This document shows positions 19,051-27,544 of a stretch of DNA of 64,000 nucleotides, one piece after another. The notes under the pieces were generated by a model. The model searched no databases and was not told the origin of the DNA. It saw only the letters and a program-made list of their open reading frames with translations. This DNA is from Candidatus Dormiibacterota bacterium (GTDB lineage: Bacteria > Chloroflexota > Dormibacteria > Aeolococcales > Aeolococcaceae): contig JAFARE010000009.1 of NCBI GenBank assembly GCA_019245575.1, positions 17,403 through 81,402 on the forward strand, given 5' to 3'. A program made the position numbers and the translations under genes. Each line of letters begins with the position of its first letter. The stretch's first letter is position 1.

Positions 19051-20082
19051 CTACGCGGGCGACCAAGCCGGGGGTGACGTGGCGTCGAGGTCGAGGTTCT
19101 GCGTCACCTGCTTCGGCGGTTTCGGCGTCAGGCCTGCGGCACCGTCGATCCACCAGAGCTGGAAGTGTCCCGTCGCATCAGCGGGCGCGTAGTACACGAG
19201 GCTGCGCCCGTCCGGCGACCACTGCGGCGAGGAGCAGAGGCAGTTGTCGACCAGCGTCCGGGGTGTGCCCAGCGTGGTGCCCGTCAGCGGCGCCACCTCC
19301 AGCCGCGTGCTCTGCAATCCGGTGCCGCCGGTGCAGACCATCGCAAGCTGCGTGCCATCGGGAGACACGGCCGGCTGGCCGCAGTCGTCGGTGTCGTTCG
19401 TGAGGTACACCGGGTCCGCGCGCGCCCGGGTATCGATTGCGAGACGCGAGTACACGTTGCCGCCACTGATCTCGTACTTGGAGTAGAGCAGCGCGCCGCC
19501 GGGAAGCGGCACCGGGGCGACGTCACCACCGGTGTAGCTGAACGGGTCGGTCCACTGTTTCGACGCGATCTTGCCGGACAACGGACCCGCCCAGACCGCG
19601 AACTCGATCTCGTAGCTCTGGATCGACTTGGGCGAGTCGTAGCTGACGTACAGCGTCTGCCCGTCGGCGCTGAGGCGGGGCCAGAACATCCAGTGGTTGA
19701 GCTGGATGGTCGAGCTCGTCGTGGCGTTGTGGCTCAGCTGGTTGATCACGGTCCCGGCCACACCGTCGATTTGGAACACCTCCGAGTACGCGGCCGTGCG
19801 CATCACCGCCACGATGTCGTTGGTGCCGGGCACGATTGCGGGCTGCATCCACGTTCCGTTCTTGGGCAGGCGCAGCGCAGTGAAGGTGCCCCTGTTCAGC
19901 TTGTACATCACGCCCTGCTGGGCCACGTAGATCGTCCCGGGCAGCACGAACGCCGGCTTGCTCACGGTCGGCGTCGACGCTTCCGCGACGTGCGCCTTGC
20001 GCAGCGCGAAGAACCGGTTCACGCCGAAGGCGAACGCGCCCATCAGCGCCAGGAGAACGACGATCGTGAGTGCCCGCCTCAC
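19051..20082 (-). CDS. TolB-like beta-propeller (PD40/WD40-like repeat) protein with N-terminal membrane anchor
   Basis: N-terminal TM helix (ALTIVVLLALMGAFAF). Repeated ...SPDG..L.. / SADGQTLYV / SPDGTQLAMV / SPDGRSLVYY blades. GTG start, 10 nt downstream of the LCP gene. Confidence 0.7.
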   Translation of the reverse strand: MRRALTIVVLLALMGAFAFGVNRFFALRKAHVAEASTPTVSKPAFVLPGTIYVAQQGVMYKLNRGTFTALRLPKNGTWMQPAIVPGTNDIVAVMRTAAYSEVFQIDGVAGTVINQLSHNATTSSTIQLNHWMFWPRLSADGQTLYVSYDSPKSIQSYEIEFAVWAGPLSGKIASKQWTDPFSYTGGDVAPVPLPGGALLYSKYEISGGNVYSRLAIDTRARADPVYLTNDTDDCGQPAVSPDGTQLAMVCTGGTGLQSTRLEVAPLTGTTLGTPRTLVDNCLCSSPQWSPDGRSLVYYAPADATGHFQLWWIDGAAGLTPKPPKQVTQNLDLDATSPPAWSPA

Positions 20083-20092
20083 CGCGGAGGGC

Positions 20093-21106
20093 TCACGCAG
20101 CGGGAAAGTATTTGTGCGTCTCCGTGAGGATCAGCGGCCAGTGCGGGATCAGCACGTCCTGGCCGCCGATGAACGCATCGGATGTGAAGGGCGGCAGCAG
20201 CAGCACCTGCTGCACGTTCTGCAGCGTTACCTGGCTGGCCAGGGGCAGCAGCGACGCCACCTGGGGGATCGACATGTCGGTGCTGAAGTCAGCCGACATG
20301 GCGCTGGCCACGTCGGGGAGGTCACTCAGCCCCAGCAGCTTCGCCTTGGCTCGGATGGCCAGCAGCACCTGCTGCTGCCGCTGCGAGCGTCCGAAGTCGC
20401 TGCGCAGGTCGCCGTGCCGGGAGCGCACGTACTCCAGCGCCTGGATGCCGTTCATGTGCTGGGGGCCGGGCAGCACCGCCACGCGCTCGTACGCGTACGG
20501 GTTGTTGCCCGAGAGGTCGGCTGGGTAGAAGTCGTCGAGCACCGGGTTGGTGGCGACGACGTCCACACCGCCGAGCTTGTCGATCAGGCTGACCAGACCC
20601 ACGAGCCCGATCCAGGCGTAGTGGTCCACGTGCACGTGGAAGTCCTGCTCCACCGTCTGCACCGCGGCGTTGGCGCCACCGTAGAGGTATGCCTTGTCGA
20701 TCTTGTCGGTGCCACCGGTGGACAGCGGCGCGTACGTGTCACGCGGGATCGACAGCATCACCACGTGCTTGGTGGCGGGGTCGATGCGCGTGAGGATCAT
20801 CGACTGCGTCAGCACCTTGTTGCCCGAGTACTTGGCGTCGTTGTCCGAGCCCAGCAGCAGCACGGTGAAGGGCTGGCCGGGCGGCGCGTCGGTGGGGGCC
20901 GGCGTCTGGCTGGCGGAGCTGGGCGCCGTGCTGTGCACGATCGAGTGACCGGTGTCCTGGATCGCCGTGGTGATCGCAGGAAAGAAATAGGCGACCGCAC
21001 CCGCCGCGCCGGAGATGGCGAATCCCACCGCGATGAGCAGGCCCAGCAGTGTTCGCCGTCTCCAGCCGCGCCGCCGGCGCAGAGAGGCACGTTGCCGCCT
21101 CACCAC
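20093..21106 (-). CDS. LytR-CpsA-Psr (LCP) family protein
   Basis: TM anchor, then FTVLLLGSDND...TQSMILTRI...SIPRDTY...VDHYAWIGLVGLVSLIDKLGGVDV...MNGIQALEYVRSRH...SDFGRSQRQQ. Confidence 0.85.
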   Translation of the reverse strand: MVRRQRASLRRRRGWRRRTLLGLLIAVGFAISGAAGAVAYFFPAITTAIQDTGHSIVHSTAPSSASQTPAPTDAPPGQPFTVLLLGSDNDAKYSGNKVLTQSMILTRIDPATKHVVMLSIPRDTYAPLSTGGTDKIDKAYLYGGANAAVQTVEQDFHVHVDHYAWIGLVGLVSLIDKLGGVDVVATNPVLDDFYPADLSGNNPYAYERVAVLPGPQHMNGIQALEYVRSRHGDLRSDFGRSQRQQQVLLAIRAKAKLLGLSDLPDVASAMSADFSTDMSIPQVASLLPLASQVTLQNVQQVLLLPPFTSDAFIGGQDVLIPHWPLILTETHKYFPAA

Positions 21107-21172
21107 CGGCCATTAAACGTAAACCGCCTTGCGGGGCCGTTACGGCGCGGCCGGTACACTCGAACGCGAGGT

Positions 21173-22125
21173 ATGGAAGGCACCGATCTCGCCACACGCC
21201 TGCTGCGCGGGGAGGTGCGCGCCCTGGCCCGCGCGATCCGCATGGTGGAGGACCGCGACCCCGACGTCGCGGAGCTGCTGAACGGGGTCCGGGGCCGGCT
21301 CGGCCACGCCCACCTCGTGGGCGTGACGGGGCCACCGGGAAGCGGCAAGAGCTCGCTGTGCGACCAGGTGATCGACCGGTGGCGGGCGCAGGGACGCTCC
21401 GTCGGTGTGATCGCGGTGGACCCCTCGAGCCCGTTCACCGGGGGCGCCATCCTCGGCGACCGGGTCCGCATGCAGCGCCACGCCACCGACAGCGGGGTCT
21501 TCATCCGCTCGATGGCGGCCCGCGGCCACCTCGGCGGCCTCGCGGCGGCGGCGCGTGAGGCGGTGCGGCTGATCGACGCGGCGGGGCGCGACCGCTGCCT
21601 GCTCGAGACCGTGGGCGTGGGCCAGTCCGAGCTCGAGGTGATGCGCGTGGCCGACACCACGGTCGTGGTCACCACTCCCGTCGCCGGGGATGCCGTGCAG
21701 GTGATCAAGGCGGGCATCCTCGAGATCGCCGACATCTTCGTCGTCAACAAGGCGGATCTGCCCGACGCGCCCAAGGTCTACCGCGACCTGCGCGACCTCG
21801 TCCGCCAGACCAAGGCGCACGACCCCTGGCCGCCGCCCGTGATCATGACCTCCGCCCGGAGCGGCCAGGGGGTCGACGAGCTGGTCGACACGATCGAGCG
21901 GCACCGCGAGGCGATCGAGTCCAGCGGGGAGCTGGAGCGGCGCAGGGTGGCCCGGGTGAGAGCCGAGGTGGAGGCGATCGTGGTCGAGCGAGCCGCCGAG
22001 CGCGCCCGAACTGCCCTGGATCAAGGGACAATGGGCGCAGAGTTGGAGGGGGATCTCAGCGAGGTCGACCCGTACGCTCTCGCCGAGCGGATCCTCAACG
22101 GGCACACGCAAGGACCAGGAGCCTG

Positions 22126-22126
<1 letters not shown>
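21173..22126 (+). CDS. meaB: methylmalonyl-CoA-mutase-associated G-protein chaperone (MeaB/ArgK)
   Basis: P-loop GVTGPPGSGKSS, AVDPSSPFTGGAILGDRVRM, ETVGVGQSE, VVNKAD. ATG 21173 is preceded by GAGG. The upstream 400 codons of the track ORF are antisense to the LCP gene. Confidence 0.9.
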
Positions 22127-23799
<1,673 letters not shown>

Positions 23800-23821
23800 T
23801 CCGCGTCACGCCCAGCGTCTG

Positions 23822-24139
23822 ATGCCGAACACGTTCACCCGTGTGCCGGTGCGCCCGGTGCCGCCGCTCGGGCCCGCGGCCCGCCTGTGCGTGCCGGTGG
23901 CGGACGCGTTCATGGTGCTCATGCTCTCGCGCCCGTCGACCAGGTCGCTGCGCACGACGTGGGTCACGCCCGCAACGCTCGGGCTCGCGGTCGCACTGAC
24001 ACTGATCCTCGCCGCCGCGGCCGTGGAGCTCATCGTCAGCGGGACGATCCTGCGCGTGATCATCGGCGCGATCCTGCTCGTCGCAGCGATGGGTCCGCTC
24101 GCAGTGTCGGTCGTCGGGACCGAGCAGCGTTTGCGCTGA
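23822..24139 (+). CDS. hypothetical small membrane protein
   Basis: High GC3 ORF with two predicted TM helices (LGLAVALTLILAAAAVELIV; VIIGAILLVAAMGPLAVSVV). No recognisable family and an uncertain start. Confidence 0.4.
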   Translation: MPNTFTRVPVRPVPPLGPAARLCVPVADAFMVLMLSRPSTRSLRTTWVTPATLGLAVALTLILAAAAVELIVSGTILRVIIGAILLVAAMGPLAVSVVGTEQRLR

Positions 24140-24150
24140 GTTGGCGCACC

Positions 24151-24339
24151 AAGGCGCTTTCGCTCGGGTGGTGCCGTGGGGGGAGGCGCCGGCCGGAGCA
24201 GGATTCCGGGACCCAGGTCAGAGGGACACGCGTCTTCGCATGAGCACGAGAGTCCTCGGGCGCATCCGGAGACCTGGGGAGAATCCTGCGCAGGACGGCG
24301 AGGGGTCCCCACGGCGACAGGACCCGAGCGAAGCGCCTT
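24151..24339 (+). repeat. copy B of an unclassified structured intergenic element (candidate ncRNA / 3'UTR element or MITE-like repeat)
   Basis: Helices P1 24151-24168/24323-24339, P2 24172-24181/24307-24316, P3 24198-24206/24281-24289 and P4 24212-24219/24271-24278. The apical domain carries the invariant CACGAGAGTCC. Confidence 0.8.
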
Positions 24340-24344
24340 AGCCT

Positions 24345-24563
24345 TCAGCCTCTTAGGCGTAGCACCAGGTTGATCACGACCGTCAGCACGATGCTGACGA
24401 CGATGCACGTGACGATCGGGAAGGCGACCGAGACGTTGCCGCGTGACACCGCGATGTCGCCGGGGAGGCGGCCGAGCCCGAGGCGCGCGCCGACGATGAG
24501 CACCGCGCCGGCCAGCGCGAGCGCGAGCCCCGTGATCAGGAGCAGCTTGCCGATGTCGCTCAT
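24345..24563 (-). CDS. DUF2905 family small membrane protein
   Basis: 72 aa: MSDIGKLLLITGLALALAG...LGRLPGDIAVSRGNVSVAFPIVTCIVVSIVLTVVINL. The GRLPGDI motif between two TM helices is typical of DUF2905. Confidence 0.7.
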   Translation of the reverse strand: MSDIGKLLLITGLALALAGAVLIVGARLGLGRLPGDIAVSRGNVSVAFPIVTCIVVSIVLTVVINLVLRLRG

Positions 24564-24619
24564 GCCTCGTGGCCGAGTCTAGGACGGTCTCTGCTACAGT
24601 CCGGTCGACGAATCCGCTT

Positions 24620-24648
24620 CAAGCAGGTCCAGAGAGGCCGGCAAGGGA
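24620..24648 (+). promoter_or_regulatory. PyrR-binding RNA hairpin in the pyrB leader
   Basis: CAGGUCCAGAGAGGCCGGCAAGGGA matches the PyrR binding-loop consensus (R-UCCAGAGAGG-Y...AAGG). Downstream, GCCCTC (24673-24678) can pair with GAGGGC (24698-24703), which contains the pyrB Shine-Dalgarno. Confidence 0.75.
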
Positions 24649-24711
24649 TCGCGGCGCCGCACTGCGCGGCGCGCCCTCGTCCGCGCCGAGTGGGCTGGAG
24701 GGCTTTTCCGG

Positions 24712-25641
24712 ATGACGGTGACGGCGGTCGGCCGCAGGGTCCTCGAGCACGTCATCAGCAGCGAGCAGTTCGGCCGTGAGCTGCTCGACTCCCTCTTCGC
24801 GCGAGCCGCCGACCTGCAGGACGTCCGCGACGAGCGCCTGAAGGGCAGGATCATGGCCACGCTGTTCTACGAGCCGAGCACGCGCACGCGGCTCAGCTTC
24901 GAGTCGGCGATGCTGCGCCTGGGCGGGTCGGTGCTCGGCACCGAGGCGGCGCGCACGTTCTCCAGCGCCATCAAGGGCGAGACGCTGGAGGACACGATCC
25001 GCATGGTCTCGACGTACGCAGACGTCATCGTGCTGCGTCATGACGAGATGGGCGCGGCGGCGCGCGCGGCGCGCGTCGCGTCCGTGCCCGTGATCAACGC
25101 GGGCGACGGTCCCGGCGAGCACCCCACCCAGGCGCTGCTCGATCTGTTCACCATCGAACGGGAGCTGGGCCGCGTCGACGGCGTGCGCGTCGCGCTGTGC
25201 GGCGACCTGCGCTTCGGACGCACCGCCCGCTCCCTGGCGCTGCTGCTGTCGCTGTACCCGGACGTGCGGCTGGTGTTCGTCGCTCCCGACGTGGTGCAGG
25301 TGGGCGGCGACATCCTCGCGCGACTGGATGAGCGGGGCATCCGGTACACGCTCGCGTCGCAGCTGGACGACGTGGTCAGCCAGGTGGACGTCGTCTATCA
25401 GACGCGCGTGCAGAAGGAGCGCTTCACCGACCCGCATGAGTTCGAGCAGGCGCGCAGCGCCATCCGCATCGACGCGACCGTCATGCGCCGCCTCGATCCA
25501 CGTGCGATCGTGATGCATCCGCTGCCGCGCGTGGACGAGCTCGCCACCGAGGTCGACTCCGACCCGCGCGCCGCGTACTTCCGCCAGGCGGCGAACGGCG
25601 TCGCCATCCGCATGGCGTTGCTGGAGCTGCTGCTGGCATGA
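24712..25641 (+). CDS. pyrB: aspartate carbamoyltransferase catalytic subunit
   Basis: FYEPSTRTRLSFE, HPTQALLD, and the HPLPR region (MHPLPRVDEL). Confidence 0.95.
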   Translation: MTVTAVGRRVLEHVISSEQFGRELLDSLFARAADLQDVRDERLKGRIMATLFYEPSTRTRLSFESAMLRLGGSVLGTEAARTFSSAIKGETLEDTIRMVSTYADVIVLRHDEMGAAARAARVASVPVINAGDGPGEHPTQALLDLFTIERELGRVDGVRVALCGDLRFGRTARSLALLLSLYPDVRLVFVAPDVVQVGGDILARLDERGIRYTLASQLDDVVSQVDVVYQTRVQKERFTDPHEFEQARSAIRIDATVMRRLDPRAIVMHPLPRVDELATEVDSDPRAAYFRQAANGVAIRMALLELLLA

Positions 25642-26213
25642 GCCAGGCGTTCGCGCCGCTCGAGTCGACGCCGCAGCTGATGGACGCGGCCACGCTGCGG
25701 CGCACCACGCTGCGCCTGGCGCACGAGATCGCCGAGCGGCACAGCGACCTCGGCGATGTCGTTCTCGTCGGTGTGCGCACGCGCGGCGCTCCGCTTGCCG
25801 AGCGGCTCGCGGTGGAGCTGGCCGCGATGGGCCGCGGCGCCCCCCAGGTGGCCGGCCTCGACATTCGCGGCTTCCGCGACGACCGTCCCCGCTCCGCGGC
25901 GCTCGGTGCGCCGGCGCTCGTGTCGATCGATGGCGAGACACCGCACGTCGAGGGACGCACGGTGATCCTGGTGGACGACGTGATCTTCACCGGGCGCACG
26001 CTCCGCGCCGCCATCGACGCGCTGATGCATCACGGGCGCGCCGCGGCCATCGAGGTCCTCGTGCTGGTGGACCGCGGACATCGCGAGCTTCCGCTGCGCG
26101 CGACGTATGTGGGCAAGAACGTCCCCACCTCGTCGGGTGACCGCGTGACGGTGCAGCTGCGCGAGGTCGACGGCGTGGACGGCGCGTGGCTGGTGCCCGG
26201 GGCGCGCCGGTGA
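25638..26213 (+). CDS. pyrR: bifunctional pyrimidine operon regulator / uracil phosphoribosyltransferase PyrR
   Basis: 191 aa. VLVGVRTRGAPLA, PRPP motif VILVDDVIFTGRTLRAA, LVDRGHRELP. ATGA overlap with pyrB. Confidence 0.9.
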   Translation: MSQAFAPLESTPQLMDAATLRRTTLRLAHEIAERHSDLGDVVLVGVRTRGAPLAERLAVELAAMGRGAPQVAGLDIRGFRDDRPRSAALGAPALVSIDGETPHVEGRTVILVDDVIFTGRTLRAAIDALMHHGRAAAIEVLVLVDRGHRELPLRATYVGKNVPTSSGDRVTVQLREVDGVDGAWLVPGARR

Positions 26214-27544
26214 ACGTGATCCTCCGCGGCGTGCGCGTGATCGACCCGCTCGCGGGTGTCGACCGCGCGCCTCAGGACGTGTGGATCGAGGCCGGTCGCA
26301 TTCGCGCGCTTGACGACCGCATCGAGGCCGGCGGCGTTCCGGTGATCGACTTCACGCGCGCCGGCGGCGAGCCCGTGGTGCTCTGCCCCGGCTTCATCGA
26401 TCTGCACGTGCATCTGCGCGACCCCGGCGACTCCGGCGCGGAGACGACGGCGACCGGCGCGCGCGCTGCCGCGGCCGGCGGTTTCACGCACATCGTCGCG
26501 ATGGCCAACACCGATCCCCCACACGACTCGCCCGAGCTGCTGCGCGACGCGATCGAGCGCTCGCAGAACGCCGCCGTGCGCGTGATGCACGTGGCGGCGA
26601 TGACGCACGGCCTCGACGGTGCGGCGCTTGTCGATGTCGAAGCATGCATCGGCGCGGGCGCGGTCGCGCTCAGCGACGACGGGCGCAACGCGGCCCCGGG
26701 CGCGCTGCTGTCGGAGGCGCTGGCGCGCGCCGGTGAGCTCGGCAGGCCGGTGCTGGTGCACCCCGAGGACGAGGCGGCGATCTCGCGGTTCAACCCCTTC
26801 GGTGGGGTGACGCGCTGTTCGGACCGGCCGCCGGAGACGGAGGTGGCCGCCGTGAAAGCAGCGGTCAAGGCGCTCGCCTCCACGGCCGGCGGCAGGCTGC
26901 ACCTGCAGCATCTCTCGGCCGCGGGTTCGCTGGAACCGCTGCGCCTGGCGCGCCAGCGCGGGCTAACCATCACGGCGGAGGTGACGCCCCACCATCTCGC
27001 GCGCTGGGCCGCGATGTCGCCTCCGGAGCCGGCTTCCCTGCGCAAGGTGAATCCGCCGTTGCGCAGCGCGAACGATCGCGCGGCGATGCTGCAGGCGCTG
27101 CTCGACGGCACCATCGATGCCATCGCCACCGACCATGCGCCGCACCGCTCCGACGAGAAGACGAACAACTACGACTCGTCGGCGCCGGGGATGATCGGGC
27201 TCGAGACAGCCCTCGCGGCGTGCATCACGCTCGGCGACCTCGCCGGCCGCCGCCTGCCCGTGTTGGTGGAGCGCCTGACGGCGGGACCGCATCGAGTGCT
27301 CGGCGAGGCGAGCGGTGTGAAGGAGCCGCGCGTGCGTGTCGGCGAGGTCGCGGACATCGTGGTGTTCGATCCCGACGCCGGCTGGACGGTGAGCGACGAC
27401 ACGCTCTTCTCGCGCTCGCGCAACACACCCTGGCTGGGCACGGAGCTGCGCGGCCGCGTGCTGCTCACCGTCGCACACGGACGCGTGGTGCACAGCCTGG
27501 ACGCGCGCATCCCGGTGGCGGACAGGGAGCCGGCCGGTGTCTGA
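26210..27544 (+). CDS. pyrC: dihydroorotase
   Basis: FIDLHVHLRDPG metal-binding motif and DHAPH motif (ATDHAPHRSDEK). GTG 26210 forms a GTGA overlap with the pyrR stop. Confidence 0.9.
   Translation: MNVILRGVRVIDPLAGVDRAPQDVWIEAGRIRALDDRIEAGGVPVIDFTRAGGEPVVLCPGFIDLHVHLRDPGDSGAETTATGARAAAAGGFTHIVAMANTDPPHDSPELLRDAIERSQNAAVRVMHVAAMTHGLDGAALVDVEACIGAGAVALSDDGRNAAPGALLSEALARAGELGRPVLVHPEDEAAISRFNPFGGVTRCSDRPPETEVAAVKAAVKALASTAGGRLHLQHLSAAGSLEPLRLARQRGLTITAEVTPHHLARWAAMSPPEPASLRKVNPPLRSANDRAAMLQALLDGTIDAIATDHAPHRSDEKTNNYDSSAPGMIGLETALAACITLGDLAGRRLPVLVERLTAGPHRVLGEASGVKEPRVRVGEVADIVVFDPDAGWTVSDDTLFSRSRNTPWLGTELRGRVLLTVAHGRVVHSLDARIPVADREPAGV

Noticed and set aside
19958-21172. N-terminal 405 codons of the 722-aa track ORF that ends as MeaB.
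   Set aside because: This part is antisense to the well-supported LCP and TolB-like genes and has no domain signal. MeaB homology begins at ATG 21173, which has its own GAGG ribosome-binding site.
24198-24222. Possible SRP (4.5S) RNA, 6S RNA, RNase P or tRNA identity for the repeated element, because CCAGGTCAG resembles part of the SRP domain IV strand.
   Set aside because: Only a 9-nt match. The GGAA/GNAR tetraloop context and the symmetric and asymmetric loops of SRP RNA are absent. Three copies would be unprecedented for SRP or RNase P. No tRNA T-arm (GTTCRANYC) was found anywhere in the window.
23806-24408. 200-aa minus-strand ORF (and short plus-strand ORFs at 23887-24373) covering repeat copy B. 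Analogous ORFs cover copy C (61385-61921) and copy A (18604-18933).
   Set aside because: The three repeat copies do not conserve any reading frame; indels between copies are not multiples of three. The conservation pattern follows base pairing, not codons.
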